The notes: generated by a model not told the origin, from the sequence alone. A stretch of 64,000 bases of DNA from a virus (IMGVR_UViG_3300005611_000006); one strand, 5' to 3'. Counted from the stretch's first letter, positions 38,084 to 48,368 are shown. A program made the numbers and translations.

Positions 38084-38734
38084 ATGAAACTAATAACGGA
38101 AGAAATCGAATCAGTAAAAATTATTACTGAAGAATCAGATGGAAAGCAATCGTTATACATTACTGGTCCTTTTCTTCAGGCAGAAGTTACTAATAGAAAT
38201 AATAGATGCTATCCTTTTCAAATTTTAGAAAGGGAAGTTAAGCGTTATAATGATAATTTTATTAAAAAAGGTCGTGCTTTAGGAGAACTTGGACACCCAA
38301 ATGGTCCAACTGTAAATTTGGATCGTGTTTCTCATATGATTACTTCATTAAAACCTGAAGGAAATAATTTTATTGGTAAAGCAAAAATTCTTGATACCCC
38401 TATGGGTAATATTGCTAAATCACTTATTGAATCTGGAGTAACTCTTGGTGTTTCTACTAGAGGAGTTGGTTCTTTAGTCGAAAAAAATGGTATTAAGTAT
38501 GTAGCAGATGACTTTATGCTATCTACTGCTGCAGACATTGTTGCAGATCCATCTGCTCCAGACGCCTTTGTTCAAGGAATTATGGAAGGTAAAGAATGGG
38601 TTTGGGATGGTGATATTTTAAGAGAAATGAATGCATCAAATACTAAAAAAAGAATTGAATCATTATCAAGAAAGAAATCATTAAACGAAAGAAATAAACT
38701 TAAACTATTAAATGATTTTCTTTCAAATCTGTAA
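38084..38734 (+). CDS. gp21: Prohead core protease gp21
   Basis: MKLITEE, ALGELGHP, GVSTRGVGS and DIVADPSAPDAFV. Confidence 0.97.
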   Translation: MKLITEEIESVKIITEESDGKQSLYITGPFLQAEVTNRNNRCYPFQILEREVKRYNDNFIKKGRALGELGHPNGPTVNLDRVSHMITSLKPEGNNFIGKAKILDTPMGNIAKSLIESGVTLGVSTRGVGSLVEKNGIKYVADDFMLSTAADIVADPSAPDAFVQGIMEGKEWVWDGDILREMNASNTKKRIESLSRKKSLNERNKLKLLNDFLSNL

Positions 38735-38785
38735 TTTATAAATAAATATAGAATAAATTAAAGATTTTTATTCGGAGTATAAAAA

Positions 38786-39946
38786 ATGAGTATCGGTAAC
38801 GACTTACAAGAAATGGAAGTATCTACTAAAAAATCTGTAACGGCAGTAAATAAAAATGCAAAGCCTGCAGATCCAATGTCTAAAATGACTACTGGGATTC
38901 CTGATGGTCAAACTGGTAACTGGGAAGATCTTGGGGGACCAACTCCTTTTAATTCTCGTTCTACCGATGACTCTAATAAGTTAAAGACTCCTGGTAAAAC
39001 TCTTAAGCAAGTTTCAAACATAGTAACTAAAGGTGCAAAAAGCGCCGAAGGTATGGAGAAATATTCTGAAGAGTCTGAGTATGAGGAAGAATTAGTTGAA
39101 AAGGTAGAGGATGAGGAAGAGGGTGAAGAGAATGAAGAAGAATCTTCTTGCGATGATAAGGAAGACAAGAAAAATAAAAAGAAGATGAAAGAAGAAATTG
39201 AAGAAGATAGTGAGGAAGAAACTGAAGAAGACTATGAACTCGATTTCAGTGAAGATGTAAAAGCTTTAATCGGTGAAGAAGATCTATCCGAAGATTTCAA
39301 AAGTAAGGCATCTCTTATTTTTGAATCTGCTGTAAGAACTAAAGTCAATGAAATCAGAGAATCTCTTCAGCAAAAGTACGATCAAAGTATGTCTGAAGAG
39401 GTTGTAACAATCAAAGAAGAGTTAACTGAAAGAGTTGACTCATATCTAGAATATGTATCTGGAGAGTGGATTGAAGAAAACTCTCTCCAGATTGAAACTG
39501 GTCTGAAGGGTCAACTTTCAGAATCATTTATGAGTGGTTTAAAATCACTTTTTGAAGAACATTATGTAGAAATCCCTGAAGATAAATATGATGTATTAGA
39601 AGGAATGGTCGGAAGACTAGATGAAATGGAGTCAAAACTCAATGAACAGATCGAAAGAAATGTTCAACTAAATAGAAGACTTAGTGAAGCTGTAAGCGAC
39701 ACTATCTTAAATGATGTTTCTGAAGGGTTAGCTTTAACTCAGAAAGAAAAACTTGCAAGTCTTGCAGAAAGTGTTGAGTTTGAAAGTGAAGAAGACTATC
39801 GTGAGAAACTAGAAACTCTTAAAGAGTCGTATTTTACGAGAACTGCACCTACTTCTTCGGAAGAAGTTTTATCCGAAGGTGTAACCCAAGATTTTGGTCC
39901 TAGAATGGATTCTTATATCAAAGCAGTTACTAAATTCTCTAAGTGA
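38786..39946 (+). CDS. gp22: Prohead core scaffold gp22
   Basis: Glu-rich coiled coil, VDSYLEYV..EW and LFEEHY; lies between gp21 and gp23. Confidence 0.93.
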   Translation: MSIGNDLQEMEVSTKKSVTAVNKNAKPADPMSKMTTGIPDGQTGNWEDLGGPTPFNSRSTDDSNKLKTPGKTLKQVSNIVTKGAKSAEGMEKYSEESEYEEELVEKVEDEEEGEENEEESSCDDKEDKKNKKKMKEEIEEDSEEETEEDYELDFSEDVKALIGEEDLSEDFKSKASLIFESAVRTKVNEIRESLQQKYDQSMSEEVVTIKEELTERVDSYLEYVSGEWIEENSLQIETGLKGQLSESFMSGLKSLFEEHYVEIPEDKYDVLEGMVGRLDEMESKLNEQIERNVQLNRRLSEAVSDTILNDVSEGLALTQKEKLASLAESVEFESEEDYREKLETLKESYFTRTAPTSSEEVLSEGVTQDFGPRMDSYIKAVTKFSK

Positions 39947-40011
39947 AAATTCTTACATAATAAATATTTTTAGATTAAAAACACTTTTAACAAGACAAAG
40001 GAGAAAAGCAA

Positions 40012-41445
40012 ATGTTCCTTTCAGAACAATTGCAGAACAAGTGGCAACCCTTACTTGAAGCAGAAGGAGCTGGTGCAATCACCGATCCTTACCGTAAGGC
40101 TGTTACCGCTGTTCTGTTAGAAAACCAAGAAAGATTCCTCGCAGAGGAAAGAGGATTTTTATCAGAAACCCCTGCTGGATCTTATGCAAGCCAAGCTGGA
40201 GCTGCTGGTGCTGCTGGATTTAGTGGTTCGGCAGGTGCAACTGGACCTGTTGCTGGTTTTGATCCTGTTCTAATCTCTTTGATTAGACGTTCAATGCCTA
40301 ACCTCGTTGCTTATGATCTCGCTGGCGTTCAACCAATGAATGGTCCTACCGGACTTATCTTTGCAATGAGAGCTAAGTATGTAGATCAGAACGGTGCAGA
40401 AGCACTATACAACGAAGTTGATACTGCATACTCTGGTCAGGATGATGGATTCAATACCACTACTGGAAACTATACTGGTGGTACTGATGACGGTGCATCT
40501 GTTGGTTTCGGAACCACTGGATTCGCAGGTGGCGGATCTGCAGCTGGAAGCAACCCTGGAGATCTAAACAACGCTGGTGCTACTGGAACTGAGTACAGAG
40601 TTGGCCAGGCAATGAGCACCTTTGATGCTGAGAGTCTTGGATCAGAAGCTGGTGATCAGTTCAACCAGATGGCATTTGCTATCGAGAAGCTTGCCGTTAC
40701 TGCGAAGTCAAGAGCACTCAAGGCTGAATACACTTTGGAACTTGCTCAAGACCTTAAGGCGATTCACGGTCTCGATGCTGAAGCTGAATTAGCAAATATT
40801 CTCTCTACTGAGATTCTTGCTGAAATCAACCGTGAAGTCATCCGTACCATCTACAAGATCGCTGAACCAGGCGCTCAGGCAAATGTTGCCACCAATGGTG
40901 TATTTGACCTTGATGTTGACTCTAACGGTCGTTGGTCTGTTGAGAAGTTCAAGGGTCTACTCTTCCAGTTAGAGCGTGATGCTAACGCTATCGCTCAAAG
41001 AACTCGTAGAGGAAAGGGCAACATTGTTATGTGCTCTGCTGATGTTGCTTCTGCACTAACAATGGCAGGTATCCTTGATTATACTCCTGCACTCAATGCT
41101 AACCTTAACGTAGATGATACTGGCAACACATTTGCTGGTACTATCAATGGTAAGTTTAAGGTCTACATTGATCCATATGCTGCTAACGTATCTGCTAATC
41201 AGTACTACGTTGTTGGTTATAAGGGTTCTAATCCTTATGATGCTGGTCTTTTCTATTGCCCATACGTTCCTCTTCAGATGGTTCGTGCTGTTGGACAAGA
41301 CACTTTCCAACCAAAAATTGGATTCAAGACTCGTTACGGTATGGTTGCAAATCCATTTGCTGCTGGAACCGATCAAGACGAAGGTGGAATCAGAGCAAAC
41401 AGAAACCGCTACTACAGAAGAGTTCAAATCAGAAATCTTATGTGA
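40012..41445 (+). CDS. gp23: Major capsid protein gp23
   Basis: GVQPMNGPTGLIFAMR, SRALKAEYTLELAQDLKAIHGLDAE and FQPKIGFKTRYG; AGGAG RBS; strongly biased codon usage. Confidence 0.99.
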   Translation: MFLSEQLQNKWQPLLEAEGAGAITDPYRKAVTAVLLENQERFLAEERGFLSETPAGSYASQAGAAGAAGFSGSAGATGPVAGFDPVLISLIRRSMPNLVAYDLAGVQPMNGPTGLIFAMRAKYVDQNGAEALYNEVDTAYSGQDDGFNTTTGNYTGGTDDGASVGFGTTGFAGGGSAAGSNPGDLNNAGATGTEYRVGQAMSTFDAESLGSEAGDQFNQMAFAIEKLAVTAKSRALKAEYTLELAQDLKAIHGLDAEAELANILSTEILAEINREVIRTIYKIAEPGAQANVATNGVFDLDVDSNGRWSVEKFKGLLFQLERDANAIAQRTRRGKGNIVMCSADVASALTMAGILDYTPALNANLNVDDTGNTFAGTINGKFKVYIDPYAANVSANQYYVVGYKGSNPYDAGLFYCPYVPLQMVRAVGQDTFQPKIGFKTRYGMVANPFAAGTDQDEGGIRANRNRYYRRVQIRNLM

Positions 41446-41463
41446 TTTTGGTTTCACATTTAC

Positions 41464-41490
41464 AGGAGGGGCATTTGCCCCTCTTTTTTT
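41464..41490 (+). terminator. Rho-independent terminator after gp23
   Basis: gaggggca-tt-tgcccctc followed by a T tract. Confidence 0.88.
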
Positions 41491-41520
41491 ATGCTAATAA
41501 ATAATACAAAAAGGAGAGTG

Positions 41521-42075
41521 ATGGCAAGAAATCCTTGGGATAATCAACCTACAAATAGAAATTTTCTTTCTCCAGTTGGTTTCAAATTTATATTAAATAA
41601 AGCACCTAAAGTAGATTTTTATTCAAATTCTGCAAGTATTCCAGCAATTACTTTAGGATCTTCTTTACAAACTAGATATGGTAAAAACATTGATATCCCT
41701 GGTGATAAAATGACATATGGGGATTTGAATATAAGATTCCTAATTGATGAAAACTTAGAAAACTATTTGGAAATTCATAATTGGATGACTGGATTAGGAT
41801 ATCCATTTAGTTTAGAGCAGTATAAAGATTTAAAAGAAAATGATCCAGATTATGATGTATCTAAGATAAGTACAAGATCCTTATTTTATGAAGTATCTGA
41901 TGGATCATTAAGTATTTTAAATAGTAATTTTACAGAATCCGCAAGGGTTATTTTTTACGATTTATATCCAGTATACCTTTCTTCATTAGACTTTGATGCT
42001 ACAGAAGAAAATATAAATTATTTTACAGCACAAGTAAACTTTAAATATACTTATTACGAATTTAAAAATAATTAA
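41521..42075 (+). CDS. gp3: Tail completion / tube terminator gp3-like
   Basis: NRNFLSPVGFKF, IPGDK and FLIDENLENY.EI.NW; AAGGAG RBS supports the ATG at 41521. Confidence 0.88.
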   Translation: MARNPWDNQPTNRNFLSPVGFKFILNKAPKVDFYSNSASIPAITLGSSLQTRYGKNIDIPGDKMTYGDLNIRFLIDENLENYLEIHNWMTGLGYPFSLEQYKDLKENDPDYDVSKISTRSLFYEVSDGSLSILNSNFTESARVIFYDLYPVYLSSLDFDATEENINYFTAQVNFKYTYYEFKNN

Positions 42076-42506
42076 TGATGAATCTTGAAGAAATACAAAA
42101 TATGTGGAAAGAAGATTCTAAGATTAATATTGATGATCTTCACAACGAATCCTTAAAAGTTTCAACTTTACATTCAAAATATTATGAAATATATAATAAC
42201 ATTTCATTATTAAGAAAAAGAACAGAAAGTCAATATAAAATTAAAAAATTAGAAAGATATAATTATTATAATGGCAAAGCAGATCCAGAGGTATATAAAA
42301 AAGATCCATTTCCATACAAAGTAAGAGATAAAGAGTCATTACAGAGACATTTAGATGCAGATAAGCATCTGTCTGAACTTGTGATGAAAATAGAATATTA
42401 CGATACAATTTTAAAATTTTTAGAAGAAATTATAAAAACAATATCAAACAGAACATATCAAATTAAGAATTCAATAGACTTTTTAAGATTTCAATCAGGA
42501 TTATAA
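42075..42506 (+). CDS. uvsY: Recombination mediator UvsY
   Basis: W..DS.I..D.L..ESL....LHSKY, YY.GKA and R.YQIKN.I.F..F. Confidence 0.9.
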   Translation: MMNLEEIQNMWKEDSKINIDDLHNESLKVSTLHSKYYEIYNNISLLRKRTESQYKIKKLERYNYYNGKADPEVYKKDPFPYKVRDKESLQRHLDADKHLSELVMKIEYYDTILKFLEEIIKTISNRTYQIKNSIDFLRFQSGL

Positions 42507-42507
42507 T

Positions 42508-43971
42508 ATGTCATATTTAATTATTTCAAAAAAGAATGAAGTTTATCTAAAAATAGATTGTGAACCTCACGTTAAATATGAGTTATCAGATCAATTTACT
42601 TTTGATGTTCCTGGTGCAAAGTTTATGCCTCAATATAGGAGTAAGCATTGGGATGGTAAAATTAGACTTTTTAATATTCAAACTGGAGAAATTTATATTG
42701 GATTATTAGATAAGATCATTAACTTTTGCAATAATCATAATTATAAGTTTGAATTAAAAGATAATAAATTCTATGGAATTCCTGGAGAAATTAATGAGAT
42801 GATTTCTTTAGAAGGAGTAAAAGATTATATGAAGAGTATATGTTCTCATGAACCAAGGGATTATCAAGTTAAAGGAGTTTATGAAGCTTTAAGATATAAT
42901 AGAAAACTAACAATATCTCCAACTGCTTCTGGAAAATCTCTGATGATATATTCTGTAGTTAGATACTTTACAGAACAAGATAAAAATACACTCCTTATAG
43001 TGCCCACTACATCGCTTGTAGAGCAGATGTATAAGGACTTTGAAGACTATGGTTGGGATGTAGAAAAACACTGTCACAGGGTCTATGGAGGCAGTGATAG
43101 GACATCTAATAAAAGTGTTACCATATCTACTTGGCAATCAATCTATAAATTAGATAAAAAATTCTTTGATAATTTTCAAGTCGTTATTGGTGATGAAGCT
43201 CATCAATTCAAATCTAAATCTTTAATTAGTATTATGACAAAATTGTTTGATGCAAAATATAGATATGGATTCACAGGTACTTTAGATGGAACTCAAACTC
43301 ATAAATTAGTTCTTGAAGGTCTATTTGGATCATCTTATAAACTAGTTAAAACAGATGAATTAATTAAGCAAGGATATCTTTCCAAACTAAAAATTAATGT
43401 GATTTTGTTAGGTCACGAAGCAAAGAAAATTGAAGACTACGAATCTGAAGTTCAATATCTAATTACTCACGAAAAGAGAAATAATTTCATACGTAATTTA
43501 ACTTTAGATTTAAAAGGAAATACTTTAGTCCTTTTTAATAGAGTAGAATCTCACGGTAAACCTCTTTTTGACTTAATAAATAGTAAGGCAGATAAGAATA
43601 GGAAAATATTCTTCATTCATGGTGGAGTTGATACCGAAGATAGAGAAAAAGTCAGAGAAATTACTGAGAAAGAAAATGATGCAATAATAGTTGCATCATA
43701 TGGTACTTTTTCTACTGGTATTAATATCAAAAAACTTCACAATGTTATATTTGCTTCTCCTTCAAAATCTAGAATTAGAAACCTTCAATCAATAGGAAGA
43801 GTTTTAAGAAAGGGAAAAGGAAAGATTTCAGCTACTTTATATGATATTGCAGATGATATAACATACAAAGGTATGAAAAATTATACTCTAAATCATCTAG
43901 TTGAAAGGATTAAAATATATAATGAAGAAAACTTTGATTATGACATTATCAATGTAAATTTAAAAAAGTAA
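42508..43971 (+). CDS. uvsW: RNA-DNA/DNA helicase UvsW
   Basis: PRDYQ, SPTASGKS, DEAH, GFTGT and QSIGRVLR. Confidence 0.96.
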   Translation: MSYLIISKKNEVYLKIDCEPHVKYELSDQFTFDVPGAKFMPQYRSKHWDGKIRLFNIQTGEIYIGLLDKIINFCNNHNYKFELKDNKFYGIPGEINEMISLEGVKDYMKSICSHEPRDYQVKGVYEALRYNRKLTISPTASGKSLMIYSVVRYFTEQDKNTLLIVPTTSLVEQMYKDFEDYGWDVEKHCHRVYGGSDRTSNKSVTISTWQSIYKLDKKFFDNFQVVIGDEAHQFKSKSLISIMTKLFDAKYRYGFTGTLDGTQTHKLVLEGLFGSSYKLVKTDELIKQGYLSKLKINVILLGHEAKKIEDYESEVQYLITHEKRNNFIRNLTLDLKGNTLVLFNRVESHGKPLFDLINSKADKNRKIFFIHGGVDTEDREKVREITEKENDAIIVASYGTFSTGINIKKLHNVIFASPSKSRIRNLQSIGRVLRKGKGKISATLYDIADDITYKGMKNYTLNHLVERIKIYNEENFDYDIINVNLKK

Positions 43972-43972
43972 T

Positions 43973-44353
43973 ATGGAAGAAAGTTTTTATTCAACAATAA
44001 AGTTAATTTCTGGTGAAGAAATATTCTCTACAGTATGTGTTTCAAATGAAGAAGATGAAACATTTTTACTTTTAGATAATCCTGTAGTAATGTCTCCTTT
44101 ATTCTCTAAAAAAAACTATTTTATGGGATATAAAGTTAGTCCTTGGTTAAGTATTACAGATGATGAATTATTTGTACTTCGTATTCAAAATGTAATTACT
44201 ATGACTGAAGTTAAGAATCCTCAGATCATTAGTGCATATAAAAAATATATAAGAAATAGTTCTCAAGTTCCAGTTAATTCTCATATTGGACTACTCTGTA
44301 AAATAGATGAAGCAAGAGAATCCCTAGAGAAAATCTATAAGTCTAATAGTTAA
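43973..44353 (+). CDS. Conserved hypothetical protein
   Basis: YSTIKLISGEEIF...LDNP; uvsW-gp55 position. Confidence 0.8.
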   Translation: MEESFYSTIKLISGEEIFSTVCVSNEEDETFLLLDNPVVMSPLFSKKNYFMGYKVSPWLSITDDELFVLRIQNVITMTEVKNPQIISAYKKYIRNSSQVPVNSHIGLLCKIDEARESLEKIYKSNS

Positions 44354-44389
44354 TTAAGCTATTACTAATCTTTCAACCCTAACAGAGTT

Positions 44390-44418
44390 ATTATATTCAT
44401 ATTTCTAGGTTGTGTCAA
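44390..44418 (-). promoter_or_regulatory. Perfect sigma70 consensus promoter, antisense to the upstream genes
   Basis: Minus strand TTGACA (44418-44413)-17nt-TATAAT (44395-44390). Confidence 0.7.
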
Positions 44419-44422
44419 GCTC

Positions 44423-44451
44423 TTGTCAAGATATCATAAAAATGGTATACT
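44423..44451 (+). promoter_or_regulatory. sigma70-type promoter for the gp55 operon
   Basis: TTGTCA-17nt-TATACT with TGn extension. Confidence 0.7.
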
Positions 44452-44497
44452 TTAATGATTAAATAGTACAAAAATAATTTAAAGGGTGAGTAATACT

Positions 44498-44971
44498 ATG
44501 GCAAAGAAAAGATCAGAACATTATGTAAGTAATAAAGATTTTCTACAAGCTTTAATAGATTATAGAAAGCAAGTAGAATTTGCTAAAGAGTCTGGAAAAT
44601 CAAAACCAAAAATTCCTAATTATATTGGAGATTGTTTTTTAAAAATTGCAACACATTTATCATATAAACCAAACTTCGTGAATTATATGTTTAAAGAAGA
44701 TATGATAAGTGATGGAATTGAGAATTGTGTTCAATATATCGATAATTTTGATGTTTCTAGACCAAATCCATTTGCATATTTTACTCAAGTAATTTATTAT
44801 GCTTTCTTAAGAAGAATATCTAAAGAAAAAAGACAACTTGAGATTAAATCTAAAATTATTCATAGATCTGGATTTGATGAAGTATTTACTGCAGATTCAT
44901 CTGATATTGGTTATAGTTATGGAGATATGAATGGAATTAAAGATAGTGTAAATTATAAATTTTATTCATGA
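44498..44971 (+). CDS. gp55: Late-transcription sigma factor gp55
   Basis: HYV.NKDFL, YIG.CF.KIA..LS.KPNF.NY...DMISDGIENC and NPFAYFTQ. Confidence 0.96.
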   Translation: MAKKRSEHYVSNKDFLQALIDYRKQVEFAKESGKSKPKIPNYIGDCFLKIATHLSYKPNFVNYMFKEDMISDGIENCVQYIDNFDVSRPNPFAYFTQVIYYAFLRRISKEKRQLEIKSKIIHRSGFDEVFTADSSDIGYSYGDMNGIKDSVNYKFYS

Positions 44972-45999
44972 AAGTAGCAATACTAACTGATACTCACTAT
45001 AATTTTAAGAAGGGAAATAAAGTTTTTCACGATTATTTTGAGATGTTTTATAAAAATATTTTCTTTCCAACTATAGAGGAAAGAAATATTGATACTATAA
45101 TTCATCTTGGAGATATTTTTGATAATAGAAAATCTACTGATTATTGGAGCATTGAATGGTCTAGAAGAGTTATTTTCGATCCCCTTAAGAAATATAATGT
45201 CCACGCAATAGTTGGAAATCATGATATATTTTATAAAAATACTAATGACTTAAATAGTCCTTACTTATTATTAAAAGACTATTCAAATATTGAAGTATAT
45301 TCAAAACCTAAAGAAGTTGTTTTAGATAATCTAAAAATTCTTTTTGTACCTTGGATATCTACAGATCAAGAAAACGAATCTATAGATATAATTGAATCTA
45401 CATCATCTAAAGTTGCGATGGGTCATCTTGAACTTGGTGGATTTCACGTTTTTAAGGGACATATTCAAGAACCAACTAAATTTGATGAATATTTTAAAAA
45501 ATTTGAAAAAGTTTTTTCCGGACATTATCATACAAGAAGTGATAATGATAAAGTTTTTTATATAGGAAATCCTTATCAAATGTTTTGGAATGATTATAAA
45601 GATGAAAGAGGATTCGTTATATTTGATACTAATACTTTAAGTGTAGAATATATCAATAATCCATACGAAATTTTTAAAGTAATACATTATGATGAAGATA
45701 ATATTCCTAATGATCTTAGTGAATATAAAAACTGTGTAGTAAAATTGATAATAAAAAATAGAACTGATCAGAAAAAGTACGAAAAGTTTTTTGATAAATT
45801 GTATAAAGAAAATCCTTATGAATTAAAAGTAATTGAAAATATAGAGATAAAAAAAGATTTTGATGAGGAGCAATTTTTAAATACAGAAGATACTTTATAT
45901 CTACTAAAAAAATATGTAGATGAATCTGAAATTCAGTTAAATAAGAAAAAGATTAAAAATCTTATCAATTCAATTTATCAAGAATCATTTCAGATATAA
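44968..45999 (+). CDS. gp47: Recombination endonuclease subunit gp47 (Mre11-like)
   Basis: TDTH, HLGDIFD.RK, GNHD and SGHYH phosphoesterase motifs. Confidence 0.95.
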   Translation: MKVAILTDTHYNFKKGNKVFHDYFEMFYKNIFFPTIEERNIDTIIHLGDIFDNRKSTDYWSIEWSRRVIFDPLKKYNVHAIVGNHDIFYKNTNDLNSPYLLLKDYSNIEVYSKPKEVVLDNLKILFVPWISTDQENESIDIIESTSSKVAMGHLELGGFHVFKGHIQEPTKFDEYFKKFEKVFSGHYHTRSDNDKVFYIGNPYQMFWNDYKDERGFVIFDTNTLSVEYINNPYEIFKVIHYDEDNIPNDLSEYKNCVVKLIIKNRTDQKKYEKFFDKLYKENPYELKVIENIEIKKDFDEEQFLNTEDTLYLLKKYVDESEIQLNKKKIKNLINSIYQESFQI

Positions 46000-46001
46000 T
46001 A

Positions 46002-46283
46002 ATGTTTATACTTACTGTTAATGGAAATAGTTTAGAAGGTGTATTTTCAGTTGCTAATGAAGATAAAGAAAAAGTTCTTTTAATATTTGTTGAAGAAGAT
46101 GATGCATCAAGATATTTAATGATGTTAGAAGAACTTGGATATATTGGTATAGAAGTTACAGAGGTTGATCCTGAAGTAGCAATTTTAACCTGTGAGCATT
46201 TCAATTATCAGTATGCTATAATTACTCCTAATGAATTAGTTATTCCACCAAATTATGATTATATTTCAAAAGCTAAAGTATAA
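46002..46283 (+). CDS. DUF3110-like protein (cyanobacterial family)
   Basis: EGVFSV and F.EEDDA.RY..MLE pattern. Confidence 0.7.
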   Translation: MFILTVNGNSLEGVFSVANEDKEKVLLIFVEEDDASRYLMMLEELGYIGIEVTEVDPEVAILTCEHFNYQYAIITPNELVIPPNYDYISKAKV

Positions 46284-47973
46284 AAATTTCTTAAGTTCTG
46301 GAAACTATTGGACGGATATAAACTTCACTAAACATAGATCAACATTAGTTGTTGGTCAAAATGGTGCAGGAAAAAGCACAATGCTTGATGCATTAACTTT
46401 TGTTCTTTTCAATAAACCATTTAGAAAAATTAATAAATCTCAATTAGTAAACACTGTAAATGAAAAAGAATGTTATGTTGAAATTACTTTTACTATAGGA
46501 AGCGAAGAATATAAAATAGTTCGTGGAATTAAACCTAATATTTTTGAAATATACAAAAATGGAAAAATATTTGATAAGTTAGCATCTTCTGTAGACCAAC
46601 AAAAACTTCTAGAGCAAAATATATTAAAGTTAAATTATAAGTCATTTACACAAATTGTAATTCTTGGATCATCTAATTTTGTTCCTTTTATGCAATTGTC
46701 TCTTCAGAGTCGTAGAGAGGTTGTTGAAGATATCTTAGATATTAAAGTTTTTTCTTCAATGAATGAAACTGCAAAAGTATATTTGAAAGAAGTTAAAGAT
46801 AAGATTAAGCAATTAACATATAAAAAAGATAATATAGAATATAAAATAGAAACTCAAAATAAACTAATAGAAAAACTTGATAAAGCAGAGAGCAATTTTG
46901 TAGATGATAAGAAGAATAAAATTAGAGAGTTAGAAATTGAAAAAAATAAAATAAGGGATATTATAGATAAAATAATTTCTAAAGTTGAAGATTTGAATAG
47001 TATATCTGTAAATTATTCTGATTCTATTTCAAGGTTAAAAAAGTTTGAATCTCTTAAGGGTAAAATACAACAAAAAATTTCATCTATAGTTAATGACCAT
47101 AAATTTTTTACTGATAATACGGTTTGCCCTACCTGCAAGCAAAACATTGATGAAGATTTTAGATTAAATAAAATTGAAGAAACTCAAAGTAGTGCAAAAG
47201 AACTTCAAAAAGGTTTCAAAGATTTAGAACTAGCTATTAAAAATGAAGAAGAGAGGGAAGAAAAATTTACTTCAATATCAAAAGAAATTATTTCTTTAAA
47301 TAATGATATATCTAAAAAAAATACTACTATTTCTGAGTATGAAAAACAGATCGTATCATTACAATCGGAAATTCAAGCTATTATCGAAAACACTGAAGAG
47401 AGAGATATTGAAATAAAAAAAATACAATCTCTTAAATCTGAATATGAAAATTGTTTTAATGAAATTTCTTCAAACAAAGAAGAATTGATAAATTATGAGT
47501 TTATTATTTCTTTATTGAAAGATGACGGTGCTAAAACAAAAATTATAGATAAGTATTTACCTTTAATTAATCATAATTTGAATAAGTATCTAGATTTATT
47601 GGAGTTTTCAATTAATTTTACATTAGATGAAGAATTTAATGAAAAAGCTTTAAATCCAATTTATGAAGATTTTTCATATTCTTCTTTTAGCGAAGGTGAA
47701 AAGATGAGAATTGATTTGTCACTTTTATTCACTTGGAGAGAAATTGCAAAAGTAAAAAATTCCACAAATACAAATTTATTAATACTTGATGAAATTTTTG
47801 ATAGTTCTCTTGATGACTTTGGTACAGATAATTTTACAAAGATTATTCGTTATGTTGTTGAAAAGTCAAACGTTTTTGTAATATCTCATAAAAGAGAAGA
47901 ACTTGAAGAAAAATTTGAAAATACTCTAAAGTTTGAGAAACAAAAAGGATTTAGTATGTTATCTTCTAATTAA
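46255..47973 (+). CDS. gp46: Recombination ATPase gp46 (Rad50-like)
   Basis: GQNGAGKST, CPTC zinc hook, FSEGEKMRID and LILDE. Confidence 0.96.
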   Translation: MIIFQKLKYKNFLSSGNYWTDINFTKHRSTLVVGQNGAGKSTMLDALTFVLFNKPFRKINKSQLVNTVNEKECYVEITFTIGSEEYKIVRGIKPNIFEIYKNGKIFDKLASSVDQQKLLEQNILKLNYKSFTQIVILGSSNFVPFMQLSLQSRREVVEDILDIKVFSSMNETAKVYLKEVKDKIKQLTYKKDNIEYKIETQNKLIEKLDKAESNFVDDKKNKIRELEIEKNKIRDIIDKIISKVEDLNSISVNYSDSISRLKKFESLKGKIQQKISSIVNDHKFFTDNTVCPTCKQNIDEDFRLNKIEETQSSAKELQKGFKDLELAIKNEEEREEKFTSISKEIISLNNDISKKNTTISEYEKQIVSLQSEIQAIIENTEERDIEIKKIQSLKSEYENCFNEISSNKEELINYEFIISLLKDDGAKTKIIDKYLPLINHNLNKYLDLLEFSINFTLDEEFNEKALNPIYEDFSYSSFSEGEKMRIDLSLLFTWREIAKVKNSTNTNLLILDEIFDSSLDDFGTDNFTKIIRYVVEKSNVFVISHKREELEEKFENTLKFEKQKGFSMLSSN

Positions 47974-47979
47974 GACTAC

Positions 47980-48008
47980 TTGACAATAAAATTTAAATAG
48001 TATAAAAT
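47980..48008 (+). promoter_or_regulatory. sigma70-type promoter
   Basis: TTGACA-17nt-TAAAAT upstream of ORF 48033 and gp45. Confidence 0.7.
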
Positions 48009-48032
48009 TAATTTGAGGTTGAATATTTAATT

Positions 48033-48368
48033 ATGTCTGAAAACTTGGATTCTTTTACATTAAAAAGTAATAATCTTTGGAAATATGAAGAAGATAAAAC
48101 TTTAAAAGAAATAGCAAATTATATCACAGAAACGTATAAAGGTCACTATACTTCTCAAGAATCTAAGACTCAAACACTTGATTTGATTGAAAGTATCGGT
48201 GATGCGGAACCATTTTGCAGGAGCAATGCAATCAAATATCTTTCTAGGTTTGGTAAAAAGAATGGTAAGTCAAGACTTGACATTCTTAAAGTGATTCACT
48301 ACTGTGTTCTTCTTTACCACTTCTCTGGTCTACATAAAAAAACTACTGATAATTATGAAACTTTCTGA
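48033..48368 (+). CDS. DUF3310-like protein (possible nucleotide kinase)
   Basis: TY.GHY, F..SNAIKY..R.GKK.G and D..K..HY. Confidence 0.7.
   Translation: MSENLDSFTLKSNNLWKYEEDKTLKEIANYITETYKGHYTSQESKTQTLDLIESIGDAEPFCRSNAIKYLSRFGKKNGKSRLDILKVIHYCVLLYHFSGLHKKTTDNYETF

Noticed and set aside
39050-39250. GAA-rich low-complexity stretch as a DNA repeat element
   Set aside because: It encodes the Glu-rich segment of scaffold gp22.
41056-41504. Three alternative-frame ORFs over the 3' part of gp23
   Set aside because: Explained by the strong highly-expressed codon bias of gp23, which avoids NTA and TCA codons along the whole gene rather than in a local patch.
47303-47416. 37-codon +1 ORF in the gp46 coiled coil (MIYLKKILLFLSMKNRSYHYNRKFKLLSKTLKREILK)
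   Set aside because: Short enough to arise by chance and with only a slight codon anomaly; revisit only if the other nested ORFs validate.
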